Shown here piece by piece: positions 32,778 to 41,958 of a stretch of 64,000 bases of DNA. Every line of letters starts with the position of its first letter. Position 1 is the stretch's first letter. Under the pieces are notes generated by a model. That model was not told the DNA's origin. It searched no databases and saw only the letters and a program-made list of their open reading frames with translations. The stretch lies in assembly GCA_030600655.1 (NCBI GenBank), contig JAUVLP010000001.1, positions 2,022-66,021 on the forward strand, given 5' to 3'. Position numbers and translations under genes: made by a program. The DNA is from Candidatus Eiseniibacteriota bacterium (GTDB lineage Bacteria; Joyebacterota; Joyebacteria; Joyebacterales; Joyebacteraceae).

Positions 32778-33635
32778 ATGGTTGCGGAGCTGAAAAGGCT
32801 GGATTCCGGAGTAGCGGCGCCTGAGTTGGACCGCGCCGAGGTGATCCAGGTCTATGAGGACGTCTCTACCAAACAGCGGAGGCGTTTCCCGAACAACTTC
32901 TTCGAAGGGGCGGTGGGCCGTGTGAGGGCCGGGATAATCACACGCTACCTTCTCGAGGAGAAGCTTGGCATTGGTGTCGACGAAATACCGCGCGCCATTC
33001 ACAAGAAGCTGTTCTACGAGAATGGCTTGACGTGGATGCTTGGGAGTTGCTTCGAGTGGTCACCGTACAAAGTGATCGACAACGCATATCCTAAGCGATT
33101 CCACAAGTGGCAGTTCAATGTGAAAGGTATGTGGCAAGGTCCCGATCGCTTCAAGCTGGCAGCTGAAGCTACCCGCTGGATGATCGAGGAGAAGGAGGGC
33201 TGCGTGGTAGCTGAAATTCCCCAGCGAATCTCAGCGACTACGTTCGGGAAGTACAATCTGAGAGGCATGTTGTCGGTCTGCTTCAGAGGCTCCTTCTTCC
33301 GCGCGATTGAGAATGCCTATCCCGGACGTTTTCATCCTTGGGAGTTCAGAAATGTCCCGAAGAATTTCTGGCAGGGCGATACTGGACTTGGTAACGCGCG
33401 GCGGGCCACGAGGTGGCTGGTCGAGGACATGCTCGGCGTTCCGCCGGAGCGTGTTTTCCAGGACGTGACATATCACCTTTTCAGGGAGTATGGGCTTGGT
33501 GGTATGCTGACCGGGTGTTTCTCCGGTTCGTCGATCCAGGCTCTTCACAATGCGTATCCGGATCTCCTGGTTCCCGAGCATCCAAAGAGGAAGCCGAGGA
33601 GGAGACGGACGATCGAGAGGGTGAAACTCACGTAA
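32778..33635 (+). CDS. Uncharacterised protein built from three tandem ~75-aa repeats with a basic C-terminal tail
   Basis: Three repeats share the pattern [F/W]-x-G...A..ATRW[LM][IV]E[ED]..G......[IV]........GL.GML..CF.GS...A..NAYP.[RL]F.PWEF (residues about 41-113, 114-190, 191-268). The tail is HPKRKPRRRRTIERVKLT. No family recognised. GC is visibly lower than in neighbouring genes. Confidence 0.6.
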   Translation: MVAELKRLDSGVAAPELDRAEVIQVYEDVSTKQRRRFPNNFFEGAVGRVRAGIITRYLLEEKLGIGVDEIPRAIHKKLFYENGLTWMLGSCFEWSPYKVIDNAYPKRFHKWQFNVKGMWQGPDRFKLAAEATRWMIEEKEGCVVAEIPQRISATTFGKYNLRGMLSVCFRGSFFRAIENAYPGRFHPWEFRNVPKNFWQGDTGLGNARRATRWLVEDMLGVPPERVFQDVTYHLFREYGLGGMLTGCFSGSSIQALHNAYPDLLVPEHPKRKPRRRRTIERVKLT

Positions 33636-33667
33636 GGCCGGTTCAGACTGACATGAGATAAGACGAG

Positions 33668-33705
33668 GCGGTCGGCTCCGTGAGGAGCCGACCGTAGCTT
33701 TTGTC
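33668..33705 (+). terminator. Rho-independent terminator after the repeat-protein gene
   Basis: The stem CGGTCGGCTCC / GGAGCCGACCG with a GTGA loop is followed by GTAGCTTTTGTC (T-run). Confidence 0.5.
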
Positions 33706-33713
33706 GGGCGGCC

Positions 33714-33742
33714 TTGACTTGTCGATTGGACTGACTTAGCAT
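33714..33742 (+). promoter_or_regulatory. Candidate sigma-70 promoter (TTGACT-17-TAGCAT) for the heptose-activation genes
   Basis: TTGACT at 33714-33719, a 17-nt spacer, then TAGCAT at 33737-33742, about 70 nt upstream of the GTG start at 33813. Confidence 0.4.
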
Positions 33743-33812
33743 CCTGTCTGCCGCGTCGTGGCGGCTGCGGCGCGTTGTCCTTTACACCGATACGAGCTGA
33801 TGGAGGTCGTTC

Positions 33813-34817
33813 GTGGACTCGAGACACGTGACGAGGGAGAGGCTGGGCGAACTTCTCGATCGTTTTGGAGAATGCAGGATCGCGATTCTTGGTGACATGA
33901 TGCTGGACCGCTACGTCTGGGGGAATGTCAACCGCATCTCACCGGAGGCTCCAGTTCCGGTGGTGGAAGTTACCAGGGAGACCGTTCGGTTTGGCGGGGC
34001 GGCCAACGTCGCTGAGAATGTGGCGTCACTCGGGGCATCGGCCATTGTCGTCGGCGTCATCGGTCGTGACGAGCACGCCCGGCTGCTGACGTCGCTTCTC
34101 ACGGAGCGAGGTGTCGATATCTCGAAGATCCTCGAGGTGGATGACCGGCCTACCACAACAAAGACACGGATCATCGCTCACAGCCAGCAGGTCGTCAGAG
34201 CCGACAGAGAAGACGTTCGGCCTTTCGGTGCAGACACCGAAGCACGGCTTGTTGAACTGATCACGGAGACTGTCAAATCTGCAGACGTGCTGGTCATCTC
34301 TGATTATGGCAAGGGTGTGGTGAGTGAACGAACCCTCGCGGCGGTGTTGGAACAGGTGCACGAGGAAGGGAAACTCGCCTGCGTTGATCCAAAGGAATCG
34401 CACTTCGGGAGGTACACGGGCGTCACTGCCATCACGCCGAATCAGAAGGAGGCGGCGGGCGCTGTGGGATTCGGGATACACAGCGAAGACGACCTGCTGA
34501 AAGCAGGCTGGGAGCTCCGGAAGAAGCTCGGCGCTGAGTGCGTGATCATCACAAGGGGCGAGGATGGCATGTCGCTTTTCATGAAGGAGAGCGAGCATAT
34601 CCATCTCCCGACCGTGGCGAGAGAAGTGTTCGACGTGACGGGGGCCGGAGACACAGTCGTGGGTGTATTGGCTGTGGCGCTTGCGGCCGGCGCAACGATG
34701 GTCGAGGCGGCTGTCGTGGCCAATCATGCTGCAGGCTTGGTGATAAGAGAGATCGGCACCGCGTCGGTGACGATCGAGGAGATAGCCCGGTCGTTCGAAG
34801 AGACTGGAGGGGAATAG
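33813..34817 (+). CDS. hldA: D-glycero-β-D-manno-heptose-7-phosphate kinase (RfaE domain I / HldA-type sugar kinase)
   Basis: IAILGDMMLDRYVWGNVNRISPEAPVPVVEV closely matches the HldE kinase-domain N-terminus. PfkB-family fold with the C-terminal motif GAGDTVVGVLA. Confidence 0.85.
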   Translation: MDSRHVTRERLGELLDRFGECRIAILGDMMLDRYVWGNVNRISPEAPVPVVEVTRETVRFGGAANVAENVASLGASAIVVGVIGRDEHARLLTSLLTERGVDISKILEVDDRPTTTKTRIIAHSQQVVRADREDVRPFGADTEARLVELITETVKSADVLVISDYGKGVVSERTLAAVLEQVHEEGKLACVDPKESHFGRYTGVTAITPNQKEAAGAVGFGIHSEDDLLKAGWELRKKLGAECVIITRGEDGMSLFMKESEHIHLPTVAREVFDVTGAGDTVVGVLAVALAAGATMVEAAVVANHAAGLVIREIGTASVTIEEIARSFEETGGE

Positions 34818-34819
34818 GC

Positions 34820-35302
34820 GTGGGTGAGGTTGTGTCACGTGATGAACTCATACGGATCCGTGATGAGGCTCGTGCAGCGGGAAGAATCGTCGTCTTCACA
34901 AACGGCTGTTTCGACATAATCCATCGTGGCCATACGGACTACCTCTCGCGAGCGAAATCGCTGGGTGATATTCTTGTTGTCGGTCTCAATACCGACAGAT
35001 CGGTCCGCGCACTCAAGGGCGAGACAAGACCGATAGTTCCGGAGGATGACCGGGCGCATGTGCTTGCGGCGCTCAGGTCCGTCGACTACGTCTGCCTCTT
35101 CGATGAGGACACTCCGCAGGAGTTCATCGCGGCGATCGTGCCGGATGTGCTGGTCAAAGGCGCCGGCTATTCCAAGGACAATATAGTCGGGGCTGATCTG
35201 GTGGAAGAGCATGGAGGAAGAGTCGTTGCGCTCGAAGCGTTGGAAGGTCGCTCGACGCGCTCCATCGTCGACAGGATTCTTGGGGCCAGATCAGGTAGCT
35301 AG
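34820..35302 (+). CDS. hldC: D-glycero-β-D-manno-heptose-1-phosphate adenylyltransferase (RfaE domain II / HldC-type cytidylyltransferase)
   Basis: GTG start 3 nt after the kinase stop. RIVVFTNGCFDIIHRGHTDYLSRAKSLGDILVVGLNTD carries the (H/T)xGH nucleotidyltransferase motif. Confidence 0.85.
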   Translation: MGEVVSRDELIRIRDEARAAGRIVVFTNGCFDIIHRGHTDYLSRAKSLGDILVVGLNTDRSVRALKGETRPIVPEDDRAHVLAALRSVDYVCLFDEDTPQEFIAAIVPDVLVKGAGYSKDNIVGADLVEEHGGRVVALEALEGRSTRSIVDRILGARSGS

Positions 35303-35562
35303 AAAAGGCGTGAATGCACCATTCGCAGCTAGACTATCCTGTACAAATAGAGTACACTTGTACCGTTGTTCGGCAGTCGCATTCTTGGCTGCCGGCGGAC
35401 CGGTGGAACGACATCCACCTGGTCCATCTGATGTTTGGGATCCCCCAGGTGACCGTGTTCAAGTGAATGCGGGGCATGGGGGATTCATGTGCGATAGGCC
35501 GGGTGCGTCGCGGCCTCAAGGTGACGCGATGGTAGTTCATGAGGAAGTCAAGGAGATGTTTG

Positions 35563-36873
35563 ATGGAGAGGCGACGTGTCATTATCATGGGTGCGGCGGG
35601 GAGGGATTTCCACAACTTCAATCTGGTTTATCGTGACCGTGAGAGATTCGAGGTTGTGGCGTTCACAGCAACTCAGATTCCCGATATAGACGGTCGGGCG
35701 TATCCGACAGAACTCGCAGGCAAGCTCTACCCGGATGGCATCCCGATTCATGCGGAGGAGGAACTTCCACGCCTGATCAGGGAACTCAACGTTGATGATG
35801 TCGTCTTCGCGTACAGCGACGTGCCACACGAGTACGTGATGCATAAAGCGTCGCAGGTGAACGCCCTCGGAGCCAATTTCGTGCTCCTCGGTGCGCGCGA
35901 GACGATGCTCAAATCCCGGAAGCCGGTGATAGCCATATGTGCGACCCGGACTGGATGTGGAAAGAGCCAGACAACGCGGCGCGTTGCGGAGATTCTGACC
36001 GAGGCCGGGAAGAAGGTCGTTGCTATCAGACACCCGATGCCGTACGGCGATCTGACGAAGCAGATCTGGCAGAGGTTCGGCAGTTACGACGATATGGCTA
36101 AACACAAGTGCACGATCGAGGAGATGGAAGAGTACGAGCCTCATATCGACCGTGGAAACGTCGTCTTCGCAGGAGTCGACTACGGACGCATCCTGGAAGA
36201 GGCTGAGAAGGAAGCGGACATCGTCCTGTGGGACGGCGGCAACAACGATGCGTCCTTCTACGAAGCCGATCTCTACATCGTGGTGGCCGACCCGCATCGC
36301 GTCGGTCATGAGCTCACGTACTATCCGGGAGAGCAGAACCTCCGGATGGCCGACATAGTCATCATTAATAAGGAAGACTCTGCGGAGCAGGCGGAGATAG
36401 ACCGGCTTGTTCTCAATATCGAGTCGGTGAACCCGGAAGCTCTGATCATGCACGCCGACTCACCCGTAGTCTTCGAAGAGGACGTTGATCTCAAGGGCAA
36501 GCGTGTACTGGTCGTAGAGGATGGTCCCACACTGACTCACGGTGGCATGACGATCGGGGCCGGCACTGTGGCTGCCGTGCGTGCCGGTGCGATCCTTGTT
36601 GACGCGCGCGACAAGGCCGTTGGTAAGATCAAGGAGATGTACAAGAAGTACCCGGGCATTGGGGCGCTTCTGCCTGCGGCCGGCTACAGTGGTGAGCAGG
36701 TGGCTGACCTCGAGAAGACGGTGAACGCGGTCGATTGTGACTACGTTGTTGTGGGCACGCCGATCGACCTCAGGAGAGTTATTACTATAGAGAAGCCGAG
36801 CGTGCGAGTCATGTACGACCTGGATGTCAAGGGTAGTCCCACGCTCGTGGACGTTCTGAAGAAGTTCCTGTGA
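35563..36873 (+). CDS. P-loop protein of the cyclic 2,3-diphosphoglycerate synthetase-like / DUF1611-like family
   Basis: N-terminal Rossmann-like MERRRVIIMGAAGRDFHNFN. The central Walker A reads AICATRTGCGKSQTT. About 437 aa. AAGGAGA lies 7 nt upstream of the ATG. The family assignment is from memory and tentative. Confidence 0.45.
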   Translation: MERRRVIIMGAAGRDFHNFNLVYRDRERFEVVAFTATQIPDIDGRAYPTELAGKLYPDGIPIHAEEELPRLIRELNVDDVVFAYSDVPHEYVMHKASQVNALGANFVLLGARETMLKSRKPVIAICATRTGCGKSQTTRRVAEILTEAGKKVVAIRHPMPYGDLTKQIWQRFGSYDDMAKHKCTIEEMEEYEPHIDRGNVVFAGVDYGRILEEAEKEADIVLWDGGNNDASFYEADLYIVVADPHRVGHELTYYPGEQNLRMADIVIINKEDSAEQAEIDRLVLNIESVNPEALIMHADSPVVFEEDVDLKGKRVLVVEDGPTLTHGGMTIGAGTVAAVRAGAILVDARDKAVGKIKEMYKKYPGIGALLPAAGYSGEQVADLEKTVNAVDCDYVVVGTPIDLRRVITIEKPSVRVMYDLDVKGSPTLVDVLKKFL

Positions 36874-36946
36874 TGTCCGGCCGCTCTCGCCCGGTAGACC
36901 GGGCTGGGGCGGATCCCTGGAACCGCAGCAACCATGGGGGGATCAC

Positions 36947-38086
36947 TTGAAGATCCATGAGTACCAGGCGAGGGAGATCCTGAGCGGATATGGGGTCCCG
37001 ATTCCTCATTTTGAGGTCGTGGACGATTCCAGTGACGCGCGCCGCGTTGCCGAGGGGATTGGCAGCATGGTCGTCGTCAAAGCTCAGGTGCATGTGGGAG
37101 GTCGCGGCAAGGCAGGTGGTGTCAAGTTGGCGCAGACTCCGGGCGAGGCAGAGGCGCACGCATCGGCCATACTGGGGATGGACATCAAGGGCCTCAAGGT
37201 CGAGAAGGTGATGGTGGCGGACGCCGTCGATATCGATCGCGAGTACTACGTCGGAATCGTCGTCGACCGCGCCTCCAAGAGGCCGGTCTACATGGTGAGC
37301 GTCGCTGGTGGAGTGGATATCGAGGAGGTCGCAGCTACGACCCCCGAAAGGATCCACAAGCACCCGGTCGATCCGGAGGACGGGCTCTCGCTGGCCGATG
37401 CACAAGAGCTTGCAGAGAAACTCGATACGAGACCTCATGTGGCACGTGACATCGCAGTCGTTGTTGAGAAACTGTACGAGGCTTTCATTGGAAGCGATGC
37501 ATCGCTCGCGGAGATAAATCCGCTGGTGGTCACACCGGACGAACAGGTCTGGGCAGTCGATGCAAAGATCAACATCGATGACAACGCGCTCTTCCGTCAT
37601 CCCGATATCGAGGCCATGCGCGATCCCTCCAGCGAGACCGACGAACTGAGGCGTGCGCGGGAGATGGGCCTCTCGTACATCAAGCTTGAAGGTGACGTTG
37701 GCTGCATCGTGAACGGGGCCGGCCTGGCCATGACCACCATGGATGTCATCAAGTACTACGGTGGTGAGCCTGCCAACTTCCTCGATATAGGTGGAAGCTC
37801 GAGCCCGGAGAAGATGCAGACCGCCATCGACATAATCACTGGCGATCCGAACGTCAAGTCGATCCTCCTCAATATCTTTGGGGGAATCACCCGTTGTGAC
37901 GATGTTGCAAGGGGACTCGTGGCTGCGCTCAGGGAACGCCCCGTGGGGTTGCCGCTCGTTGTCAGGCTGACGGGGACGAACGCGGAAAACGCCATGCGGA
38001 TCCTTGCTGAGCACGAGCTGGAGTCTGCAGAGACAATGGATGAAGCCGTCGAGAAGGCGGTCGAGCTGGCGAGGAGGCAGGCGTGA
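36947..38086 (+). CDS. sucC: Succinyl-CoA synthetase (ADP-forming) β subunit
   Basis: [25 protein letters not shown]...[21 protein letters not shown] is the ATP-grasp SucC signature. Confidence 0.95.
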   Translation: MKIHEYQAREILSGYGVPIPHFEVVDDSSDARRVAEGIGSMVVVKAQVHVGGRGKAGGVKLAQTPGEAEAHASAILGMDIKGLKVEKVMVADAVDIDREYYVGIVVDRASKRPVYMVSVAGGVDIEEVAATTPERIHKHPVDPEDGLSLADAQELAEKLDTRPHVARDIAVVVEKLYEAFIGSDASLAEINPLVVTPDEQVWAVDAKINIDDNALFRHPDIEAMRDPSSETDELRRAREMGLSYIKLEGDVGCIVNGAGLAMTTMDVIKYYGGEPANFLDIGGSSSPEKMQTAIDIITGDPNVKSILLNIFGGITRCDDVARGLVAALRERPVGLPLVVRLTGTNAENAMRILAEHELESAETMDEAVEKAVELARRQA

Positions 38087-38955
38087 GTATTTTTCTGGAT
38101 GAAACCACACGAGTCTGCGTCCAGGGAATCACCGGCCGCGACGGCTCGTTTCACACCCGTGCCATGGTGGAGTACGGGACGAATGTCGTGTCAGGCGTCA
38201 CGCCAGGCAAGGGTGGGCAGGAGATGGATGGTATCCCCATTTTCAATACCGTGGGGGAAGCCGTCAACACAACGGAAGCCAATGCAACCATCGTTTTCGT
38301 CCCCGCGAAGTTTGCGGCAGGTGCCGCGATGGAAGCGGTCGAATCCGGCGCAAAACTCGTTGTCTTTGTCTCCGAGGGTGTGCCTACTCTCGATGTGGCG
38401 AAGATCTACAAGCGGACGAAGGAACTTGATGTCCGCATGATCGGGCCTAACTGTCCCGGTATCATAAGCCCCGGGAAATCGAAGCTCGGCATCATGCCTG
38501 GTTTCATCCATTCTCAGGGCGGCATAGGTGTCGTTTCGAGGAGTGGAACGCTGACCTACGAGGTGGTGGATTGTCTGCGTCGCTCCGGGATGGGTCAGTC
38601 GAGCGTCATTGGGATCGGTGGCGATCCGATAATCGGAACCAGCTTCATCGACACGCTCGAAGCGTTCGAGAAGGATAACGAGACGGAAGCTGTCGTGCTG
38701 ATAGGGGAGATCGGCGGGACGGACGAAGAGCAGGCGGCGGAGTTCATCAGGGCCAGGATGACGAAGCCGGTCGTGAGTTTCATCGCAGGCAGAACGGCGC
38801 CCCCAGGAAAGAGAATGGGGCACGCGGGGGCCATTATCGCTGGTGGCAAGGGGACGGCTCAAGAGAAGATGGAAGCGCTGGCGGCGGCGGGCGTGCCCGT
38901 GGCCGACCGTCCGAGTGAGATACCCGGTCTTCTGAAGACTGCGCTTGGGAGGTAG
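38083..38955 (+). CDS. sucD: Succinyl-CoA synthetase α subunit
   Basis: [37 protein letters not shown], and SRSGTLTYE with the active-site His region. It overlaps the sucC stop. Confidence 0.95.
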   Translation: MSIFLDETTRVCVQGITGRDGSFHTRAMVEYGTNVVSGVTPGKGGQEMDGIPIFNTVGEAVNTTEANATIVFVPAKFAAGAAMEAVESGAKLVVFVSEGVPTLDVAKIYKRTKELDVRMIGPNCPGIISPGKSKLGIMPGFIHSQGGIGVVSRSGTLTYEVVDCLRRSGMGQSSVIGIGGDPIIGTSFIDTLEAFEKDNETEAVVLIGEIGGTDEEQAAEFIRARMTKPVVSFIAGRTAPPGKRMGHAGAIIAGGKGTAQEKMEALAAAGVPVADRPSEIPGLLKTALGR

Positions 38956-38956
38956 C

Positions 38957-39235
38957 ATGGAGAAGCAGGCGGCCTCGGCCGCGAACGACAGGCGATGGAA
39001 CTACCCGTCGCGCGAAGAGCATCCAGATCAGGACATTTTCATCTACAAGGCTTGGTGCAAGGCTTGCGGTATCTGCATAGAGTTCTGTCCCACAAAGGTT
39101 TTCAGGGCAGACAAGACCGGTTATCCGGTTGTGGAGCATCCGGAGAAGTGCATTGCCTGCAATCTCTGCGAGATGCTCTGTCCGGATATGGCGATCACGA
39201 TCTACAAAGAGCGTGCGAAGAAGAACGGTTCCTAA
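38957..39235 (+). CDS. korD: 2-oxoacid:ferredoxin oxidoreductase δ subunit (2x[4Fe-4S] ferredoxin)
   Basis: IYKAWCKACGICIEFCP...CIACNLCEMLCP gives two 4Fe-4S motifs. It is a small protein directly upstream of the α, β and γ subunits. Confidence 0.7.
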   Translation: MEKQAASAANDRRWNYPSREEHPDQDIFIYKAWCKACGICIEFCPTKVFRADKTGYPVVEHPEKCIACNLCEMLCPDMAITIYKERAKKNGS

Positions 39236-39278
39236 CAAGGGCGGCTAACGGACTACAGAGTCCGGGGGTTCACTAATC

Positions 39279-40430
39279 ATGTCAGGGAGCAAAGAGAGAT
39301 CGATCTGGGTGATGCAGGGGAACGAAGCCTGCTCTGTGGGGGCTGTTGCTGCCGGCGTCAATTTTTTCGCCGGTTATCCCATCACTCCGTCGTCCGAAAT
39401 CGCAGAGTTCATGGCAAAGCACCTTCCACTGATTGGCGGGCGCTTCATCCAGATGGAGGATGAGATTGCCTCGATGGCAGCCATAATCGGCGCATCGCTG
39501 GCCGGTGCGAGATCGATGATCGCTACAAGCGGCCCCGGTTTCTCGCTCATGCAGGAGAACCTGGGATTAGCCTGTCTCGCCGAGATTCCTTGTGTCATTG
39601 TGAACGTTCAGCGTGCAGGTCCCTCCACCGGTCTGCCTACGCAGCCGGCGCAGGGGGATGTCATGCAAGCGCGTTGGGGAACGCACGGCGACCATGCCAT
39701 CATCGCGCTGGCGCCGGCGACGGTCCTCGAGTGCATCGAGCTTACGGCATGTTGCGTGAGTCTGTCGGAACAGTTCCGCACCCCCGTGGTGCTTCTCCTG
39801 GACGAAGTGATCGGTCACATGCGTGAGAGCGTTGAGGTTCCAGCCCAGGGGGCGTACAGAGTGCATGCGCGGCCGCTTCCGAGCGATGAACAGGAGGACT
39901 ACCAGCCGTTCTGCGGTGGGTGCAGTGGCGTTCCTCCGATGGCTCATTTCGGTGGGCCGCATCGCTTCCATGTGACGGGTCTCACTCACGACGAGCGCGG
40001 CTTCCCGACAATGGTGCCTGAGGAAGTGGACAAGAAGATCCGCGGCATCGTGGACAAGATCGAACTCAAGGCGGACGATCTGGCCATGAACGAGGAAACG
40101 ATGACCGATGACTGCGAGGTGCTGCTCTTCTCATACGGTTCTTCAGCACGCGTCGCGAAGGCCTCGGTGAGGACTCTGAGGGAGCGCGGCGTGAAGGCCG
40201 GGCTCCTGCGTGTGAAGACCATCTGGCCGTTCTCAGGCAAGAGGCTCAGGGAACTCGCTCCCCAGCTTCGCAGTATCATCGTTCCCGAGATGAATCTGGG
40301 GCAGCTTGTGACAGAAGTGGAACGTGCGGTGGCTGGCGCTGTTCCGGTCCGACACTTTGGGCGAGTTGACGGGCACCTGTTTGAGCCCGACCAGATCACA
40401 GACTTTGTTCTGGAGGAGATAGCGTCATGA
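39279..40430 (+). CDS. korA: 2-oxoacid (likely 2-oxoglutarate):ferredoxin oxidoreductase α subunit
   Basis: GNEACSVGAVAAGVNFFAGYPITPSSEIAEFMAKHLPLIGGRFIQMEDEIASMAAIIGASLAGARSMIATSGPGFSLMQE is typical of the KorA/PorA transketolase-like domain. Confidence 0.9.
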   Translation: MSGSKERSIWVMQGNEACSVGAVAAGVNFFAGYPITPSSEIAEFMAKHLPLIGGRFIQMEDEIASMAAIIGASLAGARSMIATSGPGFSLMQENLGLACLAEIPCVIVNVQRAGPSTGLPTQPAQGDVMQARWGTHGDHAIIALAPATVLECIELTACCVSLSEQFRTPVVLLLDEVIGHMRESVEVPAQGAYRVHARPLPSDEQEDYQPFCGGCSGVPPMAHFGGPHRFHVTGLTHDERGFPTMVPEEVDKKIRGIVDKIELKADDLAMNEETMTDDCEVLLFSYGSSARVAKASVRTLRERGVKAGLLRVKTIWPFSGKRLRELAPQLRSIIVPEMNLGQLVTEVERAVAGAVPVRHFGRVDGHLFEPDQITDFVLEEIAS

Positions 40431-41335
40431 GCCAGGCCATAGAACGTGCGAGGACCTATCTCAAGCCTCACAAGAAGCTGCCGACCGTATGGTGTGCAGG
40501 GTGTGGTCTCGGGGTCGTGATGAGCAGCCTCACGAGGGTGATGTCCGGGATGGGCCTCGACAAGAACAAGACAGCGACAATCTCCGGTATCGGGTGCACT
40601 GGGCGACTTCCCACCTACATTGATACCAACACTCTACACACGACGCACGGCAGAGCGCTTGGATTTGCCACGGGTGTGAAGCTTGCCAATCCTGAACTCA
40701 CGGTTGTCACAGCAATGGGCGACGGTGACTCTGTGGCGATCGGGGGCAACCACTTCATCCACGCCTGCCGGCGCAATATCGATATCACCGCCGTCGTGGT
40801 GAACAATCAGATCTACGGGATGACGGGCGGGCAGTACTCGCCCACCACGCCTCACGGCAAGCGAGGAACGACCGCTCCCTACGGTAATGTCGAGTACGAG
40901 TTCGACATCGTCTCCCTCGCGACCGGAGCCGGAGCGACATTCGTCGCACGCACATCGGTCTACCACGTGCGCGAGCTGGACAAGCTCCTTGAACGTGCCA
41001 TCCGACACCGTGGGTTCTCTGTCGTCGAGGTCGTCACCAACTGCTACACGAGCTACGGCAGGCTCAACAAATTCTCCGGTCCGGTCGACATGTTCAAGTG
41101 GATGAAGGAGAGCGCGGTCACGGTGAAGCAGGCCGGCGAGATGTCCGCCGAGGAACTCGAAGGCAAGTTCATCCGCGGCATTCATGTTGAGAGGGACCAG
41201 CCCGAGTTCATCGAGGTCTATGACAAGCTCGCCGAAGAGCTGGCGGCGGATTCCTCTGCCGTCAACCTGAAGCGCAGGGCGATGATGGAGAGCTACAGGC
41301 AACTGGGCGACAGGCTCAAGGCGAAGATTGAGTAG
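40427..41335 (+). CDS. korB: 2-oxoacid:ferredoxin oxidoreductase β subunit (TPP-binding)
   Basis: WCAGCGLGVV and the GDGD TPP-binding motif (VTAMGDGDSVAIGGNHF...). It overlaps the korA stop. Confidence 0.9.
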   Translation: MSQAIERARTYLKPHKKLPTVWCAGCGLGVVMSSLTRVMSGMGLDKNKTATISGIGCTGRLPTYIDTNTLHTTHGRALGFATGVKLANPELTVVTAMGDGDSVAIGGNHFIHACRRNIDITAVVVNNQIYGMTGGQYSPTTPHGKRGTTAPYGNVEYEFDIVSLATGAGATFVARTSVYHVRELDKLLERAIRHRGFSVVEVVTNCYTSYGRLNKFSGPVDMFKWMKESAVTVKQAGEMSAEELEGKFIRGIHVERDQPEFIEVYDKLAEELAADSSAVNLKRRAMMESYRQLGDRLKAKIE

Positions 41336-41397
41336 CTGGTGCATCTCGAGGGACGGTCACCGCCGGAGCGCGGCGACACCAATGCGAGGATTCGCAA

Positions 41398-41958
41398 GTG
41401 ACGAAAAGTTCAGGCAGATTCGAGATACGTCTTTCAGGTTCGGGCGGTCAGGGATTGATGCTGGCCGGCAAGCTCCTTGCGGAGGCGGCATCAGTCTACG
41501 GTGGCAAGAACACCGTACAGACGCAGAGCTACGGTCCTGAGGCAAGAGGCGGAAAGAGCAAGACAGATATCGTCATCTCAACCGATGATATCGACTATCC
41601 AAAGGCGACCAGCGTTGACGTGCTTGTCGCCATGACGCAAGTGTCCGCGGATGAATACAGACATTCCCTCAAGGAGGACGGGCTCTTTGTTGTAGACTCG
41701 TACCTCGTTGACAGACCCGGCCGGGACTCCGTCATCGGGATTCCGTTCACACTTCTCGCCATCGAGCAGTGCGGGAGAGCGCTCTTTGCCAACGTGGTTG
41801 CACTCGGCGCGATCGTCGAGCTTTCGAAGGTCGTGGAGTGGGACAGCCTTGAGAAGACGGTACTGGCGCGGGTGCCGAGCGGTACCGAGGAGGCAAACAA
41901 GAAGGCGCTGGCTGTCGGGCGGGAAGCCGCCAGGCGGGCGGTGGGAGAGGTGAGCTGA
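41398..41958 (+). CDS. korC: 2-oxoacid:ferredoxin oxidoreductase γ subunit
   Basis: FEIRLSGSGGQGLMLAGKLLAEAA is the canonical γ-subunit start. GTG start. Confidence 0.85.
   Translation: MTKSSGRFEIRLSGSGGQGLMLAGKLLAEAASVYGGKNTVQTQSYGPEARGGKSKTDIVISTDDIDYPKATSVDVLVAMTQVSADEYRHSLKEDGLFVVDSYLVDRPGRDSVIGIPFTLLAIEQCGRALFANVVALGAIVELSKVVEWDSLEKTVLARVPSGTEEANKKALAVGREAARRAVGEVS

Noticed and set aside
35211-35636. 141-aa + ORF spanning the hldC-DUF1611 intergenic region
   Set aside because: It is out of frame with both neighbours, has no RBS, and overlaps the better-supported start (AAGGAGA-N7-ATG at 35563) of the downstream gene.
36827-38110. 427-aa - strand ORF opposite sucC
   Set aside because: SucC on the + strand is unambiguous, so this is a shadow ORF.
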